Below, piece after piece: positions 37,696 through 48,799 of a stretch of DNA of 64,000 nucleotides (position 1 is the stretch's first letter; every line of letters starts with the position of its first letter). Source of the DNA: Lama guanicoe (lineage: Eukaryota); the NCBI GenBank assembly GCA_013239625.1, contig MU057340.1, forward strand, positions 2,295,289-2,359,288, given 5' to 3'. The notes beneath the pieces were generated by a model. The model searched no databases and was not told the DNA's origin. It saw nothing but the letters and a program-made list of their open reading frames with translations. The position numbers were made by a program, and so were the translations under genes.

Positions 37696-38837
37696 CATTC
37701 TAAGTGAAGTAAGCCAGAAAGAGAAAGAAAAATACCATATGAGATCACTCATATGCAGAATCTAAAAAAAAAAAAAAACAAAAAACAAAAATACAAAACA
37801 GAAACAGACTCATAGACATAAAATACAAACTTGTGGTTGCTAAGGGGGAGGAGGTGAAAGGGACAGACTGGGAGTTCAAAATTTGTAGATACTGACAGGC
37901 ATATGTAGAAAAGATAAACAAGATTATACTGTATAGCACAGGGAAATACATACAAGATCTTGTAGCTCACAGCAAAAAAAAATGTGACAATGCATATATG
38001 AATGTTCATGTATAACTGAAAAATTGTGCTCTACACTGGAATCTGACACAACATTGTAAAATGACTATAACTCAATTTAAAAATGTTTTTAAAAAAAGGG
38101 GGAACAAAAACACACTTGGTAGACTACACCTCACCCCCCCGCCCCCCGTCCCGCCTGGGTACCTCAGTGACAGGGAGATGCGGCCAGTAGTGAGCACATG
38201 TGGAAAGTCTTGGCTTGTTCCAAGAGAGGGTTGTGTGCTGACTGGGGACAAATGGCATCGTGGTAGTGGGTTGGTTATAGGTCTGATGGGCTATTCTTTT
38301 GGGGTTCAGGTTTTTTATTTACTGTCCTTAGTAGATTTATTTGCCTTCCAGTGGCTACTTTGGGGCCGTTTCTTCCTTTGGTTGTAGGGTTTTGGTCCCT
38401 GACCCCTTCTTAGTCTCTCAGCCTCTGTTTTCCAGATGTAGAAAGCAAGGCTGAGCAGGTTTTGCTGCTCTTGGCAGGGCTGGGCCCACAGCCTAGATCT
38501 CCCAGCAACTGGTCTGGAGCTTTGTCCGTTAGGATGGTCCATATTGTCCCAACTGTGTGCTTCAAAAATTTTGTTCATAGAAAACATTGTAAATGTCACC
38601 AAATGTGTTTGGGCGATATTGCTGGATTTAAACAATTGGATTGGTTTTTCTTCCCATCTCAGGAGATGCAATGATTACATGCTGTATGACTCATTAAACA
38701 AACAACACTCTAATACTCTAGCTAAATGAATGTTCCCTTCTAAGTAGTCACTTTGGGAAAGTTCACAGAATGTTTTCCTTGCTTGAGATATATTTTAAAC
38801 TTTTCTTTTATAGACACCTTTAGAAGCTGTTATGTGT

Positions 38838-39298
38838 TCAGATTAGTCGGGATATAAGTTCGGTTGCTGGAAGAGACTCCAGGTAGTCGTGGCTTGAACA
38901 TGCCGCCCAGCATAAGGAGTCCAGGGCTGCTGTGTTGGCGCTTTGGTGTCAGAGGTGCTGTGTCCTTTCTTTCTGCTCTGCTTTCTCTAGTACATTCATC
39001 GCATCCACGTGATTAGAAGAGGTTTCCACATTCTACGTTTCATGTCCATGTGCCAATCAGTGTGAAAGGAAATGGGGGAAGAGAGGGTTTATCCTTTCTA
39101 TGCAGGGGAAACACCAGAAGATACAGGCCACACTTGGATCTCACAGGCCAGAACTTCCTCACACGACCATCCTCAGCTACCAGGAACACTGGATATGAAG
39201 TCTTCTGGGTACCATGTGCCCAGCTTAAAACTGGGCTTCTATTCCTACAGAAGAAAGGGAGGAATACATATCGTAGGATGGCTAGCAGCCTCTGCCAC
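38838..39298 (-). mobile_element. Old MaLR LTR (MLT1J/K-like)
   Basis: tctcacaggccagaactt...cacacgaccatcctcagctaccaggaacactggatatgaagtc ... ctagcagcctctgccac. Confidence 0.65.
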
Positions 39299-39629
39299 TT
39301 AATTATTTTTGATTATCCTCAGAAGGAGCACTTCACTGGGTACAGATTTGATTTTGGGTGTCACTAGATACTTTGAGTCAATTTGGTGAATGAGGATGCT
39401 CAAGCACTAGGTCGTCCTCCTACTGGGTAAGGAGGAGCTGTCGTGGGTGCTGAATGGAGTTTCCCAGCGAGGCTGATCCTCTGGTTCTGAAAGGCACAGC
39501 ATCACAGAGGGGCTTCAGTGATGTTCTGAGGAGTGGAAGCTTTGATAGAAAAGAGCATAGCCTCCCAAGGTGGCATCTCTGAAGGAGAACCATTAGATTA
39601 TGTAAGTTCTGGTAACAGTTTCCGTGTAC

Positions 39630-39830
39630 TGGACACCTACTGTGGGCTAGCCATCGCTTGTTGCATGGGTTGTCTCACTGAATCCACATCAAATCCTGAT
39701 ACTCTTGTAATCTCCTTTTTATAGATGAGGAACGGATGTAACTAGTCCAAGGTCATAAAATGAGGAAGTGGTGGAGCGGGGTTTTGAACCCAGGAAGTCT
39801 GGCTCCAGAGTCCCTGTCCATAGCCTTAAG
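39630..39830 (-). mobile_element. MIR SINE
   Basis: ttttatagatgaggaac ... ttgaacccaggaagtctggctccagagtcc. Confidence 0.8.
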
Positions 39831-40389
39831 TGAGAGTCCACCCTCTGGATGGTGATGCTTCTGAGTTGCATTCCTCCACTTGTTCCAGAACTCGGAAAGC
39901 CAGACTTCTGCCACCCACCAGGCACCGCAGGGGAGGGGGTCCTCCCTGCAGAAGGTCAGCCTCTCGTGGCTGTGCTGAAGGTGGAGAAGGTGGGGGCCAG
40001 AGCAGGGCTTTCAAGGCAGAGGAGGCGGCACGAGTGGAGGCAGGAACCAGAGTGGACTCTGAGTCAGTAGTTTAATGAGTTTGGAGTCCACGGTCTATGT
40101 GGGTGAGACTGAGTGGTGAGAAATTGGGCCAGAGAGATGAAATTAGGCAGGGGCTTGGTTATGGAGGCGTTGGATGGGCAGAGTAGAGGGACTGGCTTCT
40201 TGAAAAACTTCTTATTCTTGTTTGTTGCTATTTCTGATCATTTATAGATAACAGGATGATATCTTAGCGGGAGCTGCTTGGGGATGTTTCAGTAAACACA
40301 TCGCCCTCAAGAAGGAGGCGTCTGTAGGTCAGAGAGGGGTATATCCATTCAGCTACTTTAAAAGCAGTTTCAAGTCACAAAAATTAATA

Positions 40390-40615
40390 ATAACAGTCGT
40401 AGATGTTTGGTGCGTGCCTTCCACGAGCCAAGCAGAACTTAGCACTCATCATCTCTTTAATGCTCTTGATGGTGGTGCTTTAATCCTCAACAGAGGCTTG
40501 TGGTGTCCCCGAGTTATAGATGTGGAAACCAAGGCACAGAGAGGTTAAGGGACCAACTAGACTACAGTGGGGAGTCAGGTTTTGAAGTGGGCTCTGTAAC
40601 CACTTTGCTGTGCTC
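40390..40615 (-). mobile_element. MIR SINE
   Basis: ttatagatgtggaaaccaaggcacagagaggttaag. Confidence 0.8.
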
Positions 40616-40763
40616 TTTCCCACTGTCTGAGTTAAAGAGAAGGGAGCAGGTGGATGTGATGTCCTCACCTTGTAGTACACTGTTTAGAGTCATCATCAGA
40701 TCGTCCAGGGGACTGACTGTTCCTCAGAGTGGCATTAAGGGTGGCCGGGGAGAGCTGGAGTGT

Positions 40764-41430
40764 AGAGTTCTCAAAGTGTGGGTCCCTACCAGCGATAGCA
40801 GCTTCACTGCTGTGTTAATTTCCCGTGTTCTTGTTACCAACTACCAAAACGTAGTGGCTTAAAACAAAACAAAATAAAACAGAAATGTGTTTTACAGTCT
40901 GAAGGCCAGGAGTCTGAGCTGAGTCTTATGATGCTAAAATCAAGCTATCAGTAGGACTGTTTCCTTCTGGAAGTTCCAGTGGAGAATCCATTCTTGCCTT
41001 TTCTGGTGGCTGCCAACATCCCTTGGCTGGTGGACACATTATTCTAGTCTCTGTTCCTCATTGTCAGATTGCCTTCTCCCCTTCTGTCTTGACACTTCCC
41101 CTGCTTGCCTCTCTTTAGGACCCTGAACAGTACATTTATGGCCTCCAGACAATCCAGAATGATTTCCCCATCTCAGGATCCCTAACTGAATCATATCTGC
41201 AAAATCCCTGTTGCCATATAAGGTAACATTTCCAGGTTCCAGGGATTAGGACCTGGATGTGTTTGGGGGGGGGGCGTTATTCAGCCTGTCACACTGGGAA
41301 CTTTGTTAGAAATGGAAATTCTTTGACCCACCCCAGACCTATAGAGTCAGAAACGCTAGGGATGGGGCCAATCATCTAAGTTTTAACAAGTCTTCCAGAT
41401 GATTTTGGTGGACGTTGAAGTTGACACTGA
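40764..41430. mobile_element. MER5A (hAT-Charlie) split by an LTR
   Basis: gttctcaaagtgtgggtccc...cagcttcactg [LTR] ggaactttgttagaaatggaaattc...ccaccccagacct...ttttaacaagtcttccagatgatt. Confidence 0.85.
40811..41293 (-). mobile_element. MaLR solo LTR (MLT1D/E-like) inside MER5A
   Basis: TGT...ACA termini; caactaccaaaacgtagtggcttaaaacaa ... gccatataaggtaacattt ... caggttccagggattaggacctggatgt. Confidence 0.87.
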
Positions 41431-41849
41431 GCTCCCACAGCTCAGCCTGTAATTGGAAACTGCGTGCTGAGTCAGGGGCTGGGGAAAGGGACATCAAAAC
41501 TACATGCAGCTTATTGTGGCTCCTTATTGATTTCCATGAGGATGTGAGTGGTAAGAAGAATTAAGATGCAGGAGCCATGATGAAAGCCTATCTTGGCTGC
41601 TTACCAGGGAAGCAGGTCTGAGAACTCCAGACCTGGAGTTTATGAAGCAGGAGAGGGGCACGTGGTCTAGCTAAAAATACCATGATACAGGGAAGAGGAG
41701 AGGGGAGCCATGGAACAGAAATGGGGGAGATGACATTGTTTGGGCCCTGCAGGCAAGGCCGTGAGTGTAGGGTTACTTAGGGTCAGCAGGTTGGCCAGGT
41801 TGGCTGTTCACCAGTCAGTGGCCGAAGGGATTCTGGAGCCTCTGAGAAA

Positions 41850-42050
41850 GAGCAGGTGTGGTGGAAAGGGCCAGACTCAGGTGGTGAGAGTCCTGATTTT
41901 GCCACCTTCTAGCTGGGCAGCCTGGGCATGTTGCCTGCTGTCACAGCACCTCCCCCATCACCTGTGGGATGGAGGCAGTTCCTACCTTGCAGGGTGGAAG
42001 GGAGGTGTAGGGAGATGCGTAGGGTGTGTGCAGAGCCTCCAGCAACCCTG
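41850..42050 (+). mobile_element. MIR SINE (degenerate)
   Basis: gagtcctgattttgccaccttctagctgggcagcctgggcatgttgcct. Confidence 0.55.
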
Positions 42051-44158
42051 CCTAAGGTAAAGAGGATCAGCGCAGTCCTCTTGATGATGCTTCAGATTGA
42101 GACCGAAGCAGAGACTCTCAGACAGAAAGCGACCTGCGGTGTACATACTTAGAGCACTTGACCACAGCATCTAAGCCATCACTCTCCAGATTCAGCCCAG
42201 AACCCAATGCGGCAGTGGCCCACATAGCCAAAGCCTGCAGCTCCCACAGGGCTTATTATCTTTGACTTTTTAGGAAGTAGCAAAAAGTTAATGAGGAATT
42301 TTGCATCTGATGAGCTTGTGGGACCTTTGCTGAATCCATTCTGGCAAGATTGCTTCACTAATCAGACCAAGAACCTTAGGGGCCACCCAGCAGGCTTGGA
42401 AATATTAGGACTAAGAAATTTCTAAGGTCGAGAAACCAGCCTGAGTGGTCTTAAACCAAAATCAGGGCTTAGTCCCAATGTTTATTCCTACAGGAAGGGG
42501 GCCTGGAGCTCTGGGCTGGCACTGTCACCAGGCCCGAGAAAGCCACTAGGACACCAGCCAGCACCCCCACCTCTGCGCCTCTCCCCGGTGGGATTACTTC
42601 CTCGTTCTCTGCAGCTGGGCTTTCTTCACTCACCAGGCCACAGGGCCAACCACGTATGGCTGTCCATGAGAGAGGGCTATTCATACAAAGAGACAGAACG
42701 GCCCTGCAGATCCAGTTCAGGGTTTCTGGGCCAGACGATCTGACTGGTCTGTGGTGGGTGCCTGAATCAAGCCAGGCGGTCAGTGGGGACCAGGAGGATA
42801 CCATCAGCACCAGGCCCCCAAGTCTGCCAGGTGTGGCACAGAGAGACACTGTAACTTGGTCATTAGGTATTAAGTGTAACGAGAGGTCTTGAAAAGCTCC
42901 TTGCTTTCCCTCATTTTTGTGAAGCCCATGACCTGATTAAGTCTCAGGGATTCTAGTGGATTTCAGGTCAGCGATGCCGAGAGATAAAAACAAATAAATT
43001 ATGCCTCCTCTCCTTTTCTTCTTTCCTAAGGAGATAAATCTGAAGGAGGAGAAGAATAATTAGTCACTTCTCAAATCTCAGAATGAGTCACTATTAACGT
43101 TTTAGTTGTATTTACAGCTGGTCTTTTTTTCTGTAGGCATGCAGAAATTAAAATTGTAAGAAAAATTATCTTATGAACAGAACATTACACACAAAGTAAT
43201 TTTTGATCAATATCCCCTTTCTGGCCTGGCCTCCAGTGTATCTGAAGATACCCACTTTTATGAGTTTGGCATTTATCTTTTTAGTCCTTTTATTATACCT
43301 TTCCTTACATCTTTATGTGTAAAGAGATCACACACCAGCCAGTTCAAATATCCATCTTAAAGAAGGAGAAACTGTATGCTATGTTTGCACGTTGGTTCCC
43401 AGGGTAGAAAGTGAATGAATAAAAAGTAGTAAATCCGTAAATACTTCCGTGGAAGACTGTGAAAAATTTTATTACTCATTTCCAATTCTGATTCCACTGG
43501 GGAGGGGCGGGAAGCACTCTTAAAAACCACATAAATTCTCCAGGAAATATGCAGAGCCTTTAGGCTCCTGATCTTGGATTGGGAAAATGTTTTTCCAAGA
43601 CTGTGGAAGTTTGTGAGCTGTGCATACATTCACTTAATGGCTGAATGAAAAAAAAAATTAAATTGGTCTTTATTCTAGAGAATGAGCCTCTAAATGGGTT
43701 TTGTATTGTGAGTGGCTCCCGGAGGTCATCATTAAGACTCTTGAGACTTAGCAAATGTTGCCGTTCCCCACCTGAAAAATTAAGGAGCCATAAAGTTAAG
43801 CCTTCAGATCTGCTTGCCTGAGCGCCACATAGACCTGCTGTAAAGGAACACTTAGGAATGATGCTCTGCTGCCTTGGGAAGCCATTGTTCTGGAACGTGA
43901 AGATGGCTGCAGATTTCACTTGCTAGTTAAGTGAAATAAGTTCTCCTGTGAATAAATACATGGTGAAAATGATGCCTTGGTACGTGAAAGTACTTTTCCC
44001 CAGGGTCTCCTTTCATTTCTGAACTGTCAGGAAAATACTACTTCTCTCTCTCTCTGTCACACACACAGTAAGGCACCGGGCATTGTTTTGGAGGTCTTCA
44101 GCTGTACCACCCGCGTGCACGGGCCCACCTGACTCAGCTGTTTCAAGTGTGGAGCTGG

Positions 44159-44353
44159 GTGGGGGAGGATGTAGCTCAAGTGGTAGAGAGCATGCTTAGC
44201 ATGCACAAAGTCCTGGGTTCAATACCCAGTACCTCCTCTAGAAAGAAATAAATAAACCTAATTACCTCCTCCCTCAAAACAAAACAAAACCCCAAAATAA
44301 ATAAAAATAAGTTTAAAAATTGATTTAAAAAAAGATTCAAAAAATAATAATAC
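44159..44353 (+). mobile_element. Vic-1 type SINE, long-tail form
   Basis: ggaggatgtagctcaagtggtagagagcatgcttagcatgcac...gggttcaatacc...aaataaataaacctaattacc. 13-bp TSD agtg(t/c)ggagctgg at 44146-44158 and 44354-44366. Confidence 0.94.
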
Positions 44354-44689
44354 AGTGCGGAGCTGGTGAGGGTCTGACACGGATTTATTTTACGACCGGG
44401 TTTCTCTTGCTTCTCTCTGCCATGCGCTGGCCCCCAAACCCTGGCCGTTGGTTACCAGGTGAACATGTTTGGAAGATCAGGCAAATCTGTACCACCCCAG
44501 AGAGATACCTTTAAGGATGTGCTTCTGATTTTGCGATCGGGAAAGGAACTATTTTGATCTGAGCAAAACAAATTGTTTTAAACGAAAACAATTCCTTTCA
44601 AAGTAACCTTTTAGATACCACCTGTGACATTCTTGATTTACTCTTTTTTGTTATCCCTGTACCAGTTCTTCTGTGAATTCCATTAGCAG

Positions 44690-45337
44690 TGATTCAAAGT
44701 GTGCCTCCAGTCTGCCCAGTCCTCGCCATCTCTGCTGCTTTGGGTCACCATCATCTCTTGCAGGGACCATTCCAGTGGCCTCCTAGAAGCTCTATTTCCA
44801 GTCGCCTCCAAGCTGGCTTACCTCTCCCCTTCCGTAGCAGATAGATCATTTTCTTTGAATTATAAACTAAATCCTCACACTCTCTTTAAAATCTGCCATT
44901 GCTCTTAAATGGAAATCTAAACTTTTCCCCATGGACCCCAGGTCTAGAGTGGTCTGACCCTGCCTACCCTCTGGACCTCGATGGAACCCTTCCTATGACT
45001 CATCCCCTTCTCACTACAGCCGACTCCCTTGGTCCTTCAACACACCCAGATGCCTCACTCAGGTCTCGCCTCTAATGCCCCACCTGCAGAGAGGCTTTCC
45101 CTAATCCCCATCTCAGGTAGCACCCTCTGGCCTATATTACTTGATCAAATCACCGATTTTCTTCTTAAGTTAGATGTCATGTCAAAATTTTTTCCTGTCT
45201 TTGTTGACTTTTTAACTGTTTGTTTCCCTTGCTTGAATGTGAGCTCAGTGGCGGGGACTTGTCTTTCTCTTCCACCAGGGCATCCTCAAAGCTTAGAACA
45301 AGTAGAAGGCACTTGGCAAATGTTCGTGGAATGAATT
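44690..45337 (+). mobile_element. L2 3' fragment
   Basis: tcaccatcatctcttgcagggacc...gcctccta. Ends gcacttggcaaatgttcgtggaatgaat. Confidence 0.8.
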
Positions 45338-46379
45338 AGCTCACATGCCCGCAGTGGGTGGTGCGCCCCGCCAGGGTGCAGGTTCCCTGCCCATCCCTGC
45401 TGTTCCTGGCGTGGTGGGGAGGGGGCACACCCGGAGCTGCATCAGTCCCTGTTCCAGGTTCTGAGGGGTTTGTTACAGGGTCTGCTCAGTATGGCAGGGA
45501 GGAGGGGGGCCTCCATTGTCTTCTCCACTCTCAGACTTTAAAGGCTGTTGTCCTGACTCTTTTTGAAATATTTGAAACTTCTTTGTGAACCAGAGCTTCG
45601 TAAGAACACAAGCGATTTTTATGTTCTCTTCTGCTTTGGAATGCGCATTCTGCTTTTCCTCCATTACCATGACAGTTATTTTGCTCATGTCGGTACTCAG
45701 ATCAAGGCTGGGACATTTGTTCTGGAAACAGTACAAATATATAGTTTTTCAGATTAATCCATTGACTGCCTTTCTGTATCATGCTTGGAGGAGAACTTAT
45801 CATTTAAACAAAACTAAACACAAAGGCCTTTCGTATTGCTTTTGTCTTCTGAAGCAAACAATGCTGACTTGAAAACTAGGTTTTTCTGACCTCTGAGCTG
45901 TTAAATTGGAACAGTAAAAATGGCTGAATTTGTTCTTAGTGGTTTTCTTTCTGCAGGTTCTGCTGATGTTTTGGGGGTGTTGCTTTGTGTCCACACACAG
46001 CCTTTCACCCGCACAGCAGAGAAGCTTCCTGAAATCTGCAGGAATCTGCATGTGGATGGCTGACAGCCTGCCAGTGAGCAGAAGTAACAATGAAATATTT
46101 AATTCTCACAGCTAAATAAGCTTTTATTTAGACATAATCCTTTCACTCTTCAGTTATATCCTCACCTATAATTTCATTGCTTCAACATTGTATTATTTTT
46201 TGCTTATTGTAGTTTGATTTTGACTATACAATCGATTTTTTAATATTTGAAAGTGATTTAGGTTGTTAAAAAATATATATGATGGAGAAAAGAGTAAGTT
46301 AAAAGTTACAGTTTCCAAACGCATTTTTAAGTGTTAATGTTTCAAATAAATAATTCCAGGTTTTTAATGCATATACTTA

Positions 46380-47230
46380 CACAAAATAAATGATATATAG
46401 AATTTTTTCTACACAAAATATGATCAGACTGTGCATATTGCCCTACACCTTCCTTTTTTTTTCTCTTGATAATATTCGTTGGACATCTTTGCCTGCTACC
46501 ACATGCAGACCTACTGTGTTCTCGATCATGGCTGCATGGTGTTCTATGTTCATATCTTATGGTATTTTACCCATTCTAGTATTGGTTGATGTTTAAATGA
46601 TTTCACATTTTCAGTTATTAAAATATGTGCCTGTATTTTAATGTAATTTTGGTGTACTTGCAGGTTTTTAATCATCATACACATTTATCCACATTTCTGT
46701 TTAAGATTGGCATCTTACAGCCGATACAGTACCTAAACATTATCCAGTTGTAATGCTCTTAAATTCCACCTTTCCATGACGATAGAGAATGCGTCCATGG
46801 GTTACACTGCACTGTTGTTTGCAGAAGGGATTGTAAACATTTCCCATGTCACTAGCACTTTGAAGGTGTATTGGTCACTGGTATTTGTCCTGAGACCTGG
46901 GGCACGAGGAAGGTAGAGAAGGGGTGAGTGTTTGTGCTCTACTAAGCATTAGAATCCCTCAGGTTTTGAGTATTAGTTGAGACTGAACTTTGCAAGTGTT
47001 TATTTCCTTCTCTGTGAATTGTGCATATACATTTTGCTCATTTGTTTCTTGAAGCTTTGGTTTTTTTTTTTTTTTTAACACGTTTGAGAATTTTATGTAT
47101 CATAGATATCATACTTTTTTATATTTCATGTAAATCTTTTCATCAACCTTTTTGCCTCTTATTTTGTTGCATCAACTTTTGTACTTTGATAGACTCAAAT
47201 ATGTAGAGTTTTCTTTGATATGTCATCAGT
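46380..47230 (-). mobile_element. L1ME-like antisense fragments (discontinuous)
   Basis: atggctgcatggtgttcta ... attggttgatgtttaaatgatttc; ttccttctctgtgaattgtgcatatacattttgctcattt. Confidence 0.55.
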
Positions 47231-48239
47231 TAGAGAATTATGTCTCCAGAGTTCTGATGTTCAGTTCTATTTTTCTACTTCATTTTTCCCACTACAAATA
47301 TATGTATCTGTAACAGTTCCTTAGTGGGTGAAATGATTCCACAGCACCATAGATGTTTTTAGTCATCAGCCATCAACTGTCGTAATACCCTGAGGAATTG
47401 TTTACTTCCGATTGAAGAGAATCATTTATGTCCCTTATTCGCAAAGGCCAAGTGGATATAAGAAATATCATAATTTAATACTGTTGGCAGGAAGCAGGTT
47501 CTTAGCACCATGAATCATGCTACCCATGTCAGAAAACCTGTTATAATTAGAAGCAGCAATGTTTACACAGATTGACTAGTTATGTTTCTGTGAGATTGTC
47601 ATCTTTTCCTTTTACGTCTTTGAGTGTACAATTCAAATAGAAATGTAAATACAGTAATAGTTGTTGTCAGCTGGACGGTGGTTCTTCTTCAGAGCATTAA
47701 TCTATGTCTTCTCTATTCATCAGTAGATTTTCCAAATACTCAAAAATGGTGGTAGGCAATGTGTGTTTGATGTGTTGGCTATTTTCTTGATGTCTCTTGG
47801 GTACAGAGAACATAAATCTTCAATCAGTGGTGCCAGGAAGACCTTGTCTCTGATCTCCATAGTTTACGTTGAACTTGGCTGCCTAATGTACCATCCAAAT
47901 AGAATGAGAGTCTATGTGTAATTCCCACTGTCCTGAGTGCTCAGGGGTCATTGAAGAGATTCCTCCACAGGTGATTTTAGAGGTTGGTAGGACATTCAGA
48001 AACTAAGATTCTAGCTTTGTTTGAGAGATGAGGGATGCTGAGGGGAAATCAGAAGTTTTCTTGTTTAAATTTCATAAGAAGACTGAGAATGTTTCTTTTA
48101 TGATTTTGTTTTGTGCATAAATTGCTTCCTCTTCATCAGTTTTCTTTTTGGTGCTGAATAAATGTGCTTCCTAGGCATTCTGATTAAAGGGTTCATGGAT
48201 AATAAACTCAATTGGAGTTGGAAAAGACTGTAAAGGAGA

Positions 48240-48355
48240 TTGGGGGTCTTTTGTGAATGAGGAAATCGAGGCCCGGAGAGGTTGAATGATTTGGCCAAGA
48301 ACACACAACTGATTGTAGGCAGGTCTGCTTTTCTGAGACAAGTCCAACGTCTTCC
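48240..48355 (-). mobile_element. MIR SINE core
   Basis: atgaggaaatcgaggcccggagaggttgaatgatttggccaagaacacacaact. Confidence 0.75.
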
Positions 48356-48799
48356 TTTTCTTTCTCAAGCTGGAAATTTGCAGTGTGCTTTTTGTCAGGG
48401 TTGACAGAACTTTCTGAGAAATTGCAAATACGGACCTAAATTGGGAATAAAATGTAGCTGATTTGCCTCTAGCAATTACACAACTCCAGGTGGATGCAAA
48501 TTTGTGAGGATGAATTGTTTCTAAGTATGAGTTATCATGGGGTCTCCTGGAACAGTTTCTGGTGTGGCCTCATGAATCCAAACACAATGTGTTCAAGTTC
48601 CCAGACTCCTTCTATTGGCCCAGGGTTTTCATTTAATTGAATGAAGCAGAGTAGGGATTGAAGCTGAAAACAAACAAATGAACACCAAAAAAGCTGTTCT
48701 ACATGGTTGCACAACGAGGCTATGTTATGTATATTAATCTTCACATCCTAGAAACGAATAAACCTACAGGAGAATCATAATATTAGAGGCCAACTTATC

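Larger units (their letters stand above)
37157..38097 (+). mobile_element. Young camelid-type L1, 5'-truncated, containing two N gaps
   Basis: ORF 37202 [34 protein letters not shown] matches the L1 ORF2 C-terminal region. The 3'UTR runs to an A tail. Confidence 0.95.
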
